A stretch of 63,974 nt of DNA, filler included, from Intoshia linei (lineage: Eukaryota > Animalia > Orthonectida), in assembly GCA_001642005.1 (NCBI GenBank). It is 8 parts of 8 records of this genome, joined end to end, with 100 filler letters (N's around TTAATTAATTAA, not from the genome) between each part and the next. Parts side by side here need not be neighbours in the genome. Positions count along the whole stretch, not along the records: positions 27,132 to 33,683 come from LWCA01001681.1; positions 33,784 to 43,080 come from LWCA01001378.1; 6 more parts are not named here. One strand, given 5' to 3'. Made by a program: the position numbers and the translations under genes. Shown here one piece after another: positions 29,456 through 41,990 of the stretch. Under the pieces are notes generated by a model. It was not told the origin of the DNA and made no database searches. It saw nothing but the letters and a program-made list of their open reading frames with translations. Numbering within the stretch: position 1 is the stretch's first letter; every line of letters begins with the position of its first letter.

Positions 29456-31630
29456 CATCGAATCGGCAGGTATAGCAAGCTGATTAGCTGTTAAAATGTC
29501 TTGTGATGAGCAATATATACTTAAAATCACCGCAATGTTGAGAGGATTGTTAATTTTAATACTGTGTTGTATGGAACGTCTAACAAATGTTGACAGTTTT
29601 ATTTTTTCAATATTATTTGGTTTAGTGGACCGTATAGTTACATCGTAAAACATGTTTTCACCATTTTCATCATTAATGAGATGTATCTAATGAAAATAAA
29701 TTTAAACAATGAAATGTATTTATAACGTTTAGTATAACCCATTTAGTATCATAAAGTATCAGTGGTTTACTGGTTAAACACTTCAAATGTTTAGTCACCA
29801 AAAACATGAACATTATTAACTGATGAATAAATAAAATAAGTATACGTCAATTTGTAAATCGTCGCTTTTGTAAAACATTTTTTTAAATTATTTTACTTAA
29901 AATTAAAAATTATATATATTATGTACTACATTAATTTTTTTCATCAAACTTTCAAGGGGGTTTTTAAGATTTTTTTTTGTTGAATTTGGGGGGTTCAACC
30001 AAATAAATGGAAAAAGTTTGAATAAAAAAAGTTTTGAATTTTCCATGTGTCTACATGGAAATTCAAACCACACCATTCAAAAGGATTCGACATCCTGATG
30101 TATATACTAATTTTAGTGTTGATACCTTGAATTGTTGAATAGATTCCTTATATGTATATATTTTGATTATGACTGTCTTTTTTTCTAGAGCATTGATATT
30201 GATATTGTAATCATTTTTAATAAGCGTGCCGGGTTCAAATTTATCTGGCTTAATAGGTTCAAATTGAATGCGGAGTCTTTGTGAAATAGGTAGCACGTTG
30301 ACGACACTGAGAGGAATTTCATGCCATGCCTTGGCAGCAATATCCATATAAATTTTGTCGCTAGCTTTAGGAGCCTCTGCAACACCAATAATTTTATAAA
30401 GTAATGCAGACCCATCGGGAAGTGGGAAAAAAATTGACCCAAAATGTTTAATGTTATCAGTAGTTTGTTTGAGCGGTTTATAAGTAATGTCTACATTTTT
30501 AGATTGTTGTGACTCAATATTAATAAATTTGACAGTTTCAAAATATTTCCCTTCAATTTGTGGCGAAATGATCCAATTTAAATGAGTTTTATTAACCAAT
30601 GTGATTGACCGTGTTTCAGACATTCTAACAGGTACTGAAAAATTAACAATTTCTTTCTGTGAAATTGGAGGTAAACATATACCGGTCAACGTTAAAAATA
30701 TGTTTTTAATCACATTTGATTTTTTTTTGATTTTTGGTTTGATTTTACAAACCAAGTTATTGCACCTAATGTCATTTGATGCATAAAGTGGATAAAAAGT
30801 AATTTCTAAAGGTAAAGACTCTTCTGATTTCAATATACCATTTGTCGGATTAATGGAGAAATGTTCCTTAATACTTTCAAACTCAAATTCAATTCGTTCG
30901 TCTCCGTCATTCTCAATAATTATAGTTTTTTTCATATTATTGCCCAATGTTACAAATTGAAATGATATTGTATCGATAGACAGCTTGGCAGACATTGATT
31001 TAACATCACCACATATTGTAACCAATTTTTTACTCCACAAAGAATAGTAATCATTGGCTATTATTCCAAAATTAAAATTAGTATTCCTTTTTAATGGCGT
31101 AAACTCAATTGTCATTTTTCGACTACTTTCCAATTTTTGATTTTTTCTTTTTGATAAATTTGATTTGGTGGAATGTTCTTTTAAAGCATAATCTTTACCT
31201 TTTGTACCCAATTTTATCCATTTCAATGGTTTTATATGGATATCAAAAAATTCAGAGATATTTGAAGGTATGGTATATAATTTAAAACATAATGATACCG
31301 GAGTAAGATTTTCAAATGTAAAAGATTTTAATATAGTTTGACCGATTGATATTGGTCCAGTAGCAAATACATCAAAACTATCACGGTTTGGCGTCGACAT
31401 TAATCTTTCGTTGTGTGTAGGGGAAACATATATTAAGCGTAAATCTACTTCTACTCCGTGTCCTGTCAGTCGAATATTTTTTTCTGTTCTTTCGTTTATT
31501 ATTAGTATAAAATTTGTTGTGTAATATTTCACGTTTTTTGAATCAAATAAAAATTCTATCGATTTGGTGTAGCCTGATTCCAATATACATGAATCGAAAT
31601 CACATGAAAATATTTTTTTACTTTCTTCAC
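29456..31630 (-). CDS. HYDIN: Hydin (central-pair axonemal protein), two internal exons
   Basis: Exons 31630-30126 and 29686-29456 splice in frame. Tandem ASH-like beta domains with IIENDGD, FSINPTNG, YKPLKQT..HFGSIFFPLPDGSALLYKIIG and VRRSIQHSIKINNPL. Confidence 0.9.
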
Positions 31631-32629
31631 CTGAAAAATAATATATTTAAAAATTTAAGCAGTGCTTTAAAAAAAATTTTTTTTTTCAAACTGTGTGTTG
31701 AGATTGGAAATGTACCTCGAGTTATGTAGCTTATAAAAATCTCTATTTTTGATAAAAAATTTTAGAATCCAAACTTACAGTGCTTGCATAAGTATACATT
31801 TTTAAATTATTAGTTAATAAAATTATTTGTTAAATTTTTGTTAAATTATATTAAAAATTAAACAGTACTGCGTATTTACTTAACAATTTTATACATTTAA
31901 AATAGATAAATGCAGAAATCTACTTAATATTCTGATGTTTTAAAAAAACCCGATATCTAATGATTAAATACTTAATATACCTTAAGGGTTGACCTGCGGG
32001 GTTATTTGGGGTTTACCATTAAAATAAAATTTTTAAATTATTTATTAAATGAAATTGAAATTTATGACACTCTTCATGATTTTAAAATCTTTATCAGTAT
32101 ATAATAACGTTGCCGATTTACTGAACAAAAATTACATGTAAATTACCGATACATTTTATTTTTACCGGTAATTTACAGGTAAATTTTTATCGATTACCAA
32201 AACATTAAGTACATATTTTTAAATTTTAGGATTCGTTTAATTTACAAAAAGGATAATAAAGTTTTGACCCTGAAGGTTTAATTTCTGAAAATTAAATTTA
32301 CGATAAAACCTCACCCTCGAAAAACGGTATTAGTAATTTGTATTTTTAAAATTCAATACCTCTTACTTTCTTGAATAAATGGTAACAAACAGACAGACAT
32401 ATATTTTCAGCTAATGTTTTTTTATTAGTAAGGATTACCGGTTCGCGGTGATTATAATGAAAAAGAAAATGTATGAACCCCTGGTTAACATAAATAAAAT
32501 GTTCTCAATTTATTTTAGTGCATGTCTCTTTTAACTACATATCTGTATTATGTTTTATTCATGAATCTTACATTGTGTTTTATAATATAGGGTAAAAATC
32601 AAATTATCATTATCATTACATACATTATA

Positions 32630-33521
32630 TTAGGCCATTCACAAAGTAATGTCGTTTTTACTATAATTAAAACCTTTATAATAACAATTTTGATTAATCT
32701 TTATTCTACAAAATATTCTCCATTGCATTCAACAATTCTTCTCCAACGTTCCGGTAGCTTCTTAATTCCATTTGAAAAAAACTCTGGCTTTTATTTGTCA
32801 AAAAGATATCAATGTCAGATTTTAAATTCTCAATTGAATCGTATTTTTTCCATGGTAATGGTTACTCATCGACCTAAAAAGGTGATAGTCAGAAGGAGCA
32901 ATGTCTGAAGAATATGGTGGGTGATCTAATACATCATAATTAAGGTCCATTAAATGTTTTCTAGTCTTTATAGCAGTATGAGGTCTAACAAGGTCTAGCA
33001 TTGTCGTGTAACAAAATAATATTACCTTTAGAGAACATTCGAGGTCTTTTACGGTAAATTGCATAGATCAATTTATCCAATTGTTCTCAATACTTTTCTG
33101 CATTAATGGTTTCTTTGTTTTTAAGATATTCATAATAAAGTATACCTTTCATATCCCACCAAATACTCATCATTACCTTTTTACCATGGAGTTCTGATTT
33201 TGGAGTCAATATCGGTGATTCCTGGGAAGATAGCCATTGTTTTTTCAATTTAGTATTATCACAATGTATCCATTTTTCATCAGCAGTCAGAATATTTTCT
33301 AAAAACGCTCATTTTTTAGTCTGGCTAGTAATAATTGGCATAAGTTTTTTCTATTTAATTTATGTTGAATCGTTAATATTTGGGGTACCTATATTCCAGA
33401 CTTATTCACTTTTTGTAAACGTTTCAAACAATTAAAGGCACTGGTTTTTGAACAGCTGGCAACAATGGAAAGCGATTGACATGTTTGAATTAGAGATTTT
33501 TTCAATTCACTTTTTATTTGA
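32630..33521 (-). mobile_element. Degenerate mariner (DD34D) transposon, 3' part
   Basis: HPPYSSDIAPSDYHLFRSM, LTADEKWI and VMMSIWWDMKGI. TIR TTAGGCCATTCACAAAGTAATGTCGTTTT next to TA. Confidence 0.9.
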
Positions 33522-33525
33522 TTAA

Positions 33526-33683
33526 CCCATATACTCCCAGTGTGACCATATGGTCATACAACATTACATTTATAAAAACACGTATCAAATTTAAACAAAG
33601 TTAATTAAATATAAAAAATTAAATTAATTAGTATATTAGTTATGAGTTTTCACCGATTAGCCTCCTGTGTCACTGACAGTGGG
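33526..33683 (+). mobile_element. piggyBac-type MITE left end inserted in the mariner
   Basis: TTAA^CCCATATACTCCCAGTGTGACCATATGGTCA, near-identical to 2876 onward. Confidence 0.85.
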
Positions 33684-33783
33684 NNNNNNNNNNNNNNNNN
33701 NNNNNNNNNNNNNNNNNNNNNNNNNNNTTAATTAATTAANNNNNNNNNNNNNNNNNNNNNNNNNNNNNNNNNNNNNNNNNNNN

Positions 33784-33825
33784 TTTAACTTACAAAGCTA
33801 ATATTTTAAATAAATTAATTAAAGA
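33784..33825 (-). tRNA. trnT: Mitochondrial-type tRNA-Thr(TGT), truncated by the contig edge (within NUMT)
   Basis: Anticodon arm TTAGC-TTTGTAA-GTTAA on the minus strand. Confidence 0.55.
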
Positions 33826-33882
33826 TAATGACTAAAAAGTTTTTTTAAATTTACAGTTTAATATTTTATATAAGTTACATTA
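33826..33882 (-). tRNA. trnY: Mitochondrial-type tRNA-Tyr(GTA) (within NUMT)
   Basis: Anticodon arm TTAAA-CTGTAAA-TTTAA and acceptor TAATG/CATTA, overlapping the nad4 end. Confidence 0.6.
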
Positions 33883-34835
33883 TTAAAAAAAATAATATTA
33901 TTATATAAAATAATAACCTAGTATGAAATAAAAATGTTGTATGAATAAAAATATCAATTATTTTTAAAAAAAATGTTGTAGATAAAAATGTTGTTTTTAA
34001 TAAAGTAATCATAATAATTTTTGTTGCTATTACTATAAAAAATATGAAATATAATAATAAAAAAACAATTAGTATTTTAGTAAATATTATGCATATAACT
34101 AACATTATTTCTGAAAAAATATATAAAGATGGTGGAATTGATATATTTATTAAAAATATTATTCTTACTAACACAAATATTAATAAAGATTTTATATGTA
34201 TATTTGATAAAAGATTAGTTTTCCGATTACTAAATATTTTTATAATTAGATTGATTAAAAATAATAAACTTGGTGATAAAATGCCATGAGAAATTATTAA
34301 AATTATTAATTCAATTATTCCAACAAACTTCATATTTAAAAAAATAATTAATGAAAATCTTATATGACAAATAGAAGAATAAGCAATGATTTTTTTTAAA
34401 TCATTTATAGAAACAAATATAATTGTTGAATAAATACTACCAATTGGAATAAAAAATAATAATATATTTCTGATTTTATTTCTTAAAAATAAAAATGATT
34501 TATAAAAACGTATTATTGCATAAATACCAAATTTTATTATCACTCTAGCTAAAAATATTGAACCTTTAGTTAGAGATTCTACATAAACCAGGGGTTGTCA
34601 ATAATGAAACCAATACACAGCTGCTTTAATTATAAAGCCCAAAAATATAAATATTAAAATAAAAATAAATAGTTTTATATCTTTAAATAAAAAAATATAA
34701 AACATATTTATTAAATTTAAATTATAATATAAAATAATAATAGATATTAGTAATGGTATAAAACCAATCATACCATATACAAAAAAATAAGATCTTGCTT
34801 TAAAACGTTCATATGATTTTCCTTAAGAATAAATT
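33875..34835 (-). pseudogene. nad4: nad4 3' two-thirds, mitochondrial-derived (NUMT)
   Basis: In the invertebrate mt code: *GKSYERFKA, FHYWQPLVYVES..GSMFLASVMMKFG, DLKKIIAYSSICHM, ISHG, ISIPPS. TAA sits at a normally conserved Trp. Confidence 0.88.
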
Positions 34836-35228
34836 AATAGATCTATTAATTCTAGAAATATAGGATATATGTAAAAATAAAATAGCAAAATCCACTGAAT
34901 AAAAAGAACTAAATAAATACAAATAAAGTGGTGGATAAATTGTTCAACTATTATAAACACCACTTTCAATTAATAAAGAAAAAGTTAGTAATAAAAAAGA
35001 TAATAATTGTAATCAAAATGAAAAGTTATTTAATCGTGGAAAAGCCATATCTTGGCAATTTAAATAAAAAGGGAGTAATCAATTACTAAAACCACTTATT
35101 AAAAAAAATATAATCAAAAATAAAATTATAATTAATCCATGAGCAGTAATAAGCCTATTATAAGAATTATTATAAAAAATAAAGGTGTTGGGCGTTATTA
35201 ATTTAAATCGAATAATTATTCTTATTTT
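34830..35228 (-). pseudogene. cox1: cox1 N-terminal fragment, mitochondrial-derived (NUMT)
   Basis: YNSLITAHGLIM, GFSNWLLP, DMAFPRLNNFSFWL, WTIYPPL and SVDFAI. The fragment stops abruptly at SSINSSIN. Confidence 0.9.
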
Positions 35229-35486
35229 GATTAGCCTTGATCTCCCTGACATAAAATTCAGGGTCAACATTTGTACTAGTAATATAGACTGTCACTTTAA
35301 TTAAGATTAATGTACTACATCATCTTTTTTGTTTCTCGTCTGAGTAAAATTTTACATTTTTATAGCTCTTATTTTGATAAATTACAAAAACGAATAAGGC
35401 TTACGCTATTTAACCATGATTAAAATGGAATTAAATAAAGTTCAGTTATATTATTACAAATAACATCAAAAATGTTAAAATGTAAC

Positions 35487-38400
35487 ATGCTATTGTATCT
35501 TGACATATTGAAAAGATTAAATTTGATTTCTATCGATGAATCAGAAGAAAAAATATTTCAGAAATCTGATACATCTATTTTAAGTAATGTTATTTATATA
35601 AATTATAAGAGTATTATCTGCTACAGGGGTTCTTAACCTTTTTAAATGAACGCCCAATATGATTAATTACGTCATAATTCATAAACAAACGTTTATGATA
35701 TAATGAACTATAATTTTTATAAAATCAATAATAATATAAAAAAGGTAAATAATTTTTATTTTTTTCCATCTGATCCTTGCACCTTGTTATTGAGTGTCAA
35801 CTCCTTAATTCTTGATTGTATGTAGGTAGTTTGATGATTTATACATCTTCTTTGACATATCAATTTTGTTTACAGTTCAAGTTAAAAATAACATACATGT
35901 AATTGACATTTTAATAATATTGGTTGCAGCGCCTCCTGGGGCGCTAAATTTAATGTAGAAAACCACTGATCTACTGTACTCGAGAATTGTGGAATGTGAT
36001 TGAGGTTTGTTGAAATTTTGTAAAATGAGGCCTACATTTTAAAAAAATATCTTTTAGAATATCATAAAATTATTTAGTGTGGCAAATTTCAAAACTATTT
36101 GCTAAACTATTCAGACCCGTGGATAGGTGGCTATCGGCGATATGGCACTTCGCATCGTTTTTTGATAAATTTTATTAATTTCCCATTTTTGATTTTAGCG
36201 GGTAGAGTTCGTGCAAAATTAAGCTCTGGATAACCGTTCTCTCTCATTAAATGACAGTTCTTTATCAAAAATTAAAAATTTTTTAAAAAATGTTACTTCG
36301 CTATTTATAGCGAGAATATTCTTAAACCCAACCATTTTTACTAAAAATCCACTTTTACAAACCTTAAAGTGAAAATTTCATCAACCTTTAAGGGAAAAAC
36401 CCACTTTTCCAACCTATTTAGGGTAAATTCTACTTTTACCAACCATTAAGGGAAAATCCTCTTTTACAAACCACTAAGGAAAAATCCAAATTTACCAAAC
36501 CTTAAGGGAAAAACCTACTTTTACCAACTCTTTAGGGAAAAATTGATTCTTACTAATCCTAAAATGAATAAATCAGTTTTACCAACCCTTAAGGGAAAAA
36601 ATGTATTTTACCAAACCTTAAGTAATTAATCCACTTTTACAAAACCTAAAACTGGAATTTTCCCTAAAGGTTTGGTAAAACTGATTTTTTCATTTTAGGT
36701 TAGTAAAACTGAATTTTTCCTTTTAGGGTTAGTAAAACTCGATTTTTCCCTTAAGATTTGATAAATTTAGATTTTTAGTAAAAATGGTTGGATTTAAGTA
36801 GACACCCATTTATAGCAGACTACTATTTTATTGATATACCTATCTTGATTGTTATGTACTTTATACAAACATATACTAGTTCTGCAGAAGGCGGATTTTT
36901 TTAATTCTACTAAAAAAATAATTTCAATAATGAAATACTACATATTAATAAAAATATCACAATTACCAATGTTTCAAATTTATTTTTTTTGTAATTGTGA
37001 ATGAAGTATTATTGTTACAAATTCATAAAAATATTATTTTTAATGTTTGATGAAACATCCACATTTTAAATAAATCTGTTAATAAATAAAAACTTTTTAA
37101 ATTTTTTTTTTAGAAATCGGTCACGGCATATTAAAAAATCAAAGCGTGAAAAGTTATTACATTATGTACATTTTAAATGTATTTATAATATACAATTATA
37201 CCAATTGGTATACAGTTATTGTTAGCCTATTTTTCCTTGATTATATCAACAAAATTTATATTTTTATCTGGTCATTTATAAAGCTATCAATCTCATTGCC
37301 TCTTTATTTTGTTTTTTTTAAAATTATATCATATATTTTAAAAATGGAGTATAAAACATGTAATTTTACGGAAAAGCAATTTTCTTATCTAAAAGATATT
37401 TATGTTCAAATGCACATGACAGCTAGATGCGTTTTTCGTGTTTCATTTCGATGTGATGTGGTAATGGTTACATTTTTTTATTTACAGTAAAAATTAACCT
37501 AGATTAATGTCTCTAATTTTTTCACTGATTACAAGAAATTATTAATGATAATAATTCAGAACTATGTTCAAATCGTTTTAGGTTATTTTTGTAATATTGT
37601 ATGATTATTTACTTGTTAAAATTATTTTAAAACTTTGAAATATAAATTTAGATACTAGTAGTTTTCAACTCTTAGATAGTCATAATTTGCTTTATATTTC
37701 AATGCAATGTATTAGAACCATTGTATATCTCTTCTATATTGAGAAATTGAATGTGGTGAAATGCACATTTTCAAAAGTTAAAAGATGTAAAAAATATAAT
37801 TATCCATTTGTATGTATAAACAATTCTACTTTAAAAAATAATATTATGTCATGCAAAATAGGACAAGTTGGATCCAGACTTGAGAAAATTAACAATGAGT
37901 AATGATTATTTTATCTAAAACAAAAATGTTAAACTATCCTGAGATATCGACCCGTGCTGTAACTTTTGAATAATCTTCAGCAAAGGTTATCGATTAGACC
38001 AGAGATGGGGAAGCATTTATTGTTTGAAGGGAGCAGTAACGTTCCCAAAACAATTTAAAAGGCTGCACCTTTCTAAATAAAATTTAATCAAATACAGCAG
38101 TGCTTCTCGTGGGGTGAATAATTTTATTAGCGGGTGAATACGAAAATTTTAGATGGTTGGGGTGACTGATATATTTTTAGCATATTTTATTAAATTTAGT
38201 AAAATCTTATTAGAAAAAAACGAAATTTTACCAACCCTTAAGAAAAAATATTGCTTTTACCAAAAATTGACTAAAAAAAACACCTCTGCATTAGACTAAT
38301 AAATAGTAATGTTTAGAACAGGGGTCAGCAACCTTTTGCGTTTCGTCAGACACTTTTTTATATCAAAAAATTATACGGGTTTTTGGGTTATTCGGGTTAT

Positions 38401-39482
38401 TCGTTTTTGAAAATTTACACATGATACATTTCAATTTTAACTGAAAAGAAACGGTTATAGTATATCCAACAAAATAATATCCAGGCGATTTGAAAATTCA
38501 GAATTAAAATGATTATAATGAGCCAGTTATAATAGAAAATGCTTAAAACGGTGTTTAAAGTTGAAAAATTTAAAATAAACAATGTACATATTTACGCAAA
38601 TGGCCACCAAAGTATTTTGTGCGCCCCTGGTTTAGAGTGTTACAACTATTAAAGTATTAAGTGGACTTAGTATTTATTCACCAGAGTTGACCTACCATAT
38701 TCGAAGCCTCTAAAATTTTTCTTATAAAACGAATCTTAATGTTATACAGCCCCTAGCCACCTCTGAACTTGGTAATTTAAAAATGAGACAAAATAGTAAT
38801 GGAATTGGATTAAAAAAATGTTCCACGTTGAGAATTAATAGATTTAAATTAATTAATGTAAATGTTTATAATTTTAGTTTCGATACAATATTAAACATTA
38901 GAATTGAAAAAAATGAAAAATTGGAAAAAATGTGGAATAATGTATATGAAAATGTAAATGATTTGAAAAAATTTATGAAAATTAATATGCCCAAAAAAAA
39001 TGAAAATTATGTAAATTTAAAAAATACAACCACAACTTTACCACAAACTAAACATACAAATGAGAAAAATATAGAAAAACCAAAAAATGTAGATCTCGAA
39101 AATAATTATGTAATTTTTTGGTGATATTTTTGATAATATTTAGATATTCGAATCATTTAAAGAAATTAAAGTAAATTCAAAAAAATTAGATACTGTAGAT
39201 AATATATCCCCATTAACTAAATGTAACAACAATTTGTTTGAAGCCTTAACTGAAATGATGCCTAAATTGAAAGAACGCAGGAAAATTCTGCAAGAAAAAC
39301 AAATAATTGTCGCACCAAATAACGTGGATATTGATTATAATTTAAATAACGAAAAATCAATCGAATGTTGTAATTATAAACCCACAATTAAGTCAAAAAG
39401 AATGATATATATTAATGAATACGATTTGAATGCAAAAATAAAAGAAATTTACAAAATTAGAAAATGTGACAAATATAATTAA
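35487..39482 (+). CDS. Multi-exon gene of uncertain identity (coiled-coil, weak resemblance to CEP44)
   Basis: The 3' exons are well supported: 37652-37898, 38878-39109, 39144-39482 splice in frame, the last across a 34-nt intron. The 5' exons are tentative (35487 MLLYLDILKRLNL..; about 37340 YKTCNFTEKQF, resembling CEP44 YKPILTKKQF). Confidence 0.4.
36312..36807. mobile_element. Foldback/Mutator-like element
   Basis: Perfect 9-nt TSD ATTTATAGC (36303-36311, 36808-36816) and G...C ends. Inverted arms are built from ~30-nt tandem units like CCACTTTTACCAACCTTAAGGGAAAAA. Confidence 0.85.
38319..38629. mobile_element. hAT MITE
   Basis: CAGGGGTCAGC...GCGCCCCTG with TSD GTTTAGAA/GTTTAGAG. Inverted relative of 5316-6150. 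Confidence 0.8.
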
Positions 39483-39695
39483 TTAAATTTTAATTTAATA
39501 TCATCTCATACGCATTTTCATATTGCAAGAATGTATAAATCCAAAATATCAAAATTCAAAACGCAATTATTATTATCACACAAACATTTAGCCAAGTTAA
39601 ATTGCAGATTTCAAACAATACCAAGGAAATTCTGATAGAATCCAAGCACTTAACTACTATATTTTGTTATTGTAACCTTTTATTTTACTTATACT

Positions 39696-39708
39696 ATTAC
39701 TAGGGAAC
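39696..39708. promoter_or_regulatory. Candidate RFX X-box upstream of DNAAF2
   Basis: ATTACT-A-GGGAAC lies about 155 nt upstream of the ATG of a ciliary gene. It is a degenerate match only. Confidence 0.3.
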
Positions 39709-39863
39709 TTTTATTGGATAATGCTCGGAATATTTTAATATGCAATGTGCACAAATTTCCGAGTTACGATAAAGGTCACATAGTGCATTTCTATTTTCAA
39801 TTTTGCAGATTGTTGAATACTTGTGATTTAATTTATATTGTACTGTTTGAAACTTTTTTTATC

Positions 39864-41990
39864 ATGTCTGCGCCATCGAAAAATGAGATTGGAAAATTGA
39901 TTGATGATTTGGACCTTAAGGAAGATGAAATGGTAAATTTGGCTAAAGCGTTTAAGGATAAAGAGTTTTGTGAAATGTTTTCAAAGTACACTGAGGAAAT
40001 GTCTGACCCGGTTTTAAGGAAACAACATCATGATGAATTGGTGCAATTGGATCGCCAGCAAGGGTATGATACGAATATTATTACACCTAGTCCCTGTTGT
40101 GTTTTGAAAGCAATTACTAGCAATAATTTAAAAATTTTTATCAATATTTGTTTCTCAGATTTAGTCGAGAAACCCCATTGCGATTCCGCCCCAAATGGTC
40201 AAAATTGGAAACTCCCACATGCTTTCGGGAATACACACTTTGAAATGGATAATAAGCAAGTAAAATGTAAAGTGTATGATGTAGTTTTTCACACTGAAAT
40301 TGTTGACATGATAAAAAACAGAAATTTTGAATCTTTTGTTTTTAATAGTGCGATTGAAACTATAAATGACAAGTATAAAATTAAAATTCCGTCAAATAAT
40401 TTTACAAAATTGAAAAAAATAAAATCAAAAGGTAGTTTGGAGGCTTTAACGATACGGAATAAGTTACACACTCTGAATAAAACTAATATTCCTTTTTCTA
40501 AACCCAACCCATTTTCTGTCGATGGAAAATCAAAATGTAAAGACAATGGAAAATTTTCAAATTTGAAATATAAAATTATTTATAAGAAAAATTTTGATTT
40601 GATGAATTATGCAAACTTTCCAAAAATTAGCCCATCTATCAATGAGGAAGTTATGGTGATTGAAATTGACATGAAAGACAAATATGACAGTTTGGACTTG
40701 AATGTTTGTGAAGATGAGGTAACTTTAAAAAATGATAAAACTAATCAAACTTATTTGAATATCGATTTACCTTGTAAGGTCGTAAATAACGAAGGAAAAG
40801 CTCAATATGACAATCATACAAACAAGTTGACTATTAGTTTACCTATCGTCAAAAAAACGTTTAAAAATGAAGCAGAATCTGTTGGTGAGTTGAAAGTTGT
40901 GGAAGAAAATAATGATTTAACTGAACCTGATGATGAACATAACACACTCTGTAATGGTTTATCCAATGAATGTACAGTTCAAAATGATCCATTTATATCT
41001 CAAACCGAAGAATTTATCGGTAATTCTTTAAATGATAATGAAAATAGTCAACATGAAAATGGTTTAGAAAAAGTTAATAAAATTAACGTACACGACGGTA
41101 TACAACATAAAGTTTTTGATGATCCCGCCTGTACTGATATTGACCATAATAAACCCATAATTTTAGAGATTATAAAAGAAAAGTCGTCTCAGGAGGCTCA
41201 AGTAAAATGCGATTCAGTTACAAATCATATCAAGGTAAAATCAGCCAAGGAACATGTTCGCGCAATGTCAATTAATAACGCTTCAAAGTTACCTAGTATT
41301 TTAAAACGTCGAAACTATTCCGTCTCCGAGAGCTTAACTGAATCAGATAATACTGTCAATTCAGAAAAAAGTGTCGAAACGAAATTTCTCAATCTAAATA
41401 TAAATTCTTCTCCGCGAGAGTCTTGCAGATTCTCAGTCACTTCTAACACTGATTCAAATACCAGTAATGTCGAAAACGAACCCTTGAAATATATTGCAAA
41501 TCATAAACGTGTTTCGTTTGATAAAAACATTTATCTTCAATCTTTTTACCGAAATTCAAGTATTGTCAGTTTTCATAAAAACATGAAAAATGCTAAGAAA
41601 AAAAAATTAAAAAAATCTAAACGTCGAAATAGAATGAATAGCACCGGGTGTATAGAAAATTTGAAAATAAAAAGTATTAGTGCTCATGAATATTATTCTT
41701 ATTCAGAAGATACCGAGTTTGGACAATTTGATGATTTACAAAATGAATCTATAGTTGATATTGACCATAAAAATCAAAATGGCAGTAATGTATCTAGTAA
41801 AATTACTATTTTACCTGAAGAGAATGATTCAAATGGTACATGGATCAAAAATACGAATCAACGGATCAAAGATAAGAAATTTAAAGACACCTTCCACAAT
41901 GAACAAGAACCTAATGATATCAATAATTCTTTACCTGATAAACTTTTAAAGCTCTCAAATAGATTTATACATATTAATGATCTCGATTAA
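39864..41990 (+). CDS. DNAAF2: Protein kintoun (PIH1-domain dynein axonemal assembly factor 2), intronless, 708 aa
   Basis: LDLKEDEM..AFKDKEFCEMFSKYTEEMSDP, KIFINIC, NWKLPHA, CKVYDVVFH and CS-like LNIDLPCKV..GKAQYD..LTISLPIV. True start taken as ATG 39864. Confidence 0.92.
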   Translation: MSAPSKNEIGKLIDDLDLKEDEMVNLAKAFKDKEFCEMFSKYTEEMSDPVLRKQHHDELVQLDRQQGYDTNIITPSPCCVLKAITSNNLKIFINICFSDLVEKPHCDSAPNGQNWKLPHAFGNTHFEMDNKQVKCKVYDVVFHTEIVDMIKNRNFESFVFNSAIETINDKYKIKIPSNNFTKLKKIKSKGSLEALTIRNKLHTLNKTNIPFSKPNPFSVDGKSKCKDNGKFSNLKYKIIYKKNFDLMNYANFPKISPSINEEVMVIEIDMKDKYDSLDLNVCEDEVTLKNDKTNQTYLNIDLPCKVVNNEGKAQYDNHTNKLTISLPIVKKTFKNEAESVGELKVVEENNDLTEPDDEHNTLCNGLSNECTVQNDPFISQTEEFIGNSLNDNENSQHENGLEKVNKINVHDGIQHKVFDDPACTDIDHNKPIILEIIKEKSSQEAQVKCDSVTNHIKVKSAKEHVRAMSINNASKLPSILKRRNYSVSESLTESDNTVNSEKSVETKFLNLNINSSPRESCRFSVTSNTDSNTSNVENEPLKYIANHKRVSFDKNIYLQSFYRNSSIVSFHKNMKNAKKKKLKKSKRRNRMNSTGCIENLKIKSISAHEYYSYSEDTEFGQFDDLQNESIVDIDHKNQNGSNVSSKITILPEENDSNGTWIKNTNQRIKDKKFKDTFHNEQEPNDINNSLPDKLLKLSNRFIHINDLD

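Noticed and set aside
33784-35228. Genuine mitochondrial genome segment
   Set aside because: Truncated cox1 fused to partial nad4, a premature stop and a nuclear-type flank favour a NUMT. Misassembly is not excluded.
36312-36807. ~30-nt periodic repeats as a CRISPR array (also 2690-3500)
   Set aside because: Units are degenerate and adjacent with no unique spacers, sit within TIR/TSD-bounded elements, and there are no cas genes in this eukaryotic DNA.
29456-41990. Ciliary gene cluster of Hydin plus DNAAF2
   Set aside because: Separated by an artificial spacer, so adjacency is unsupported.
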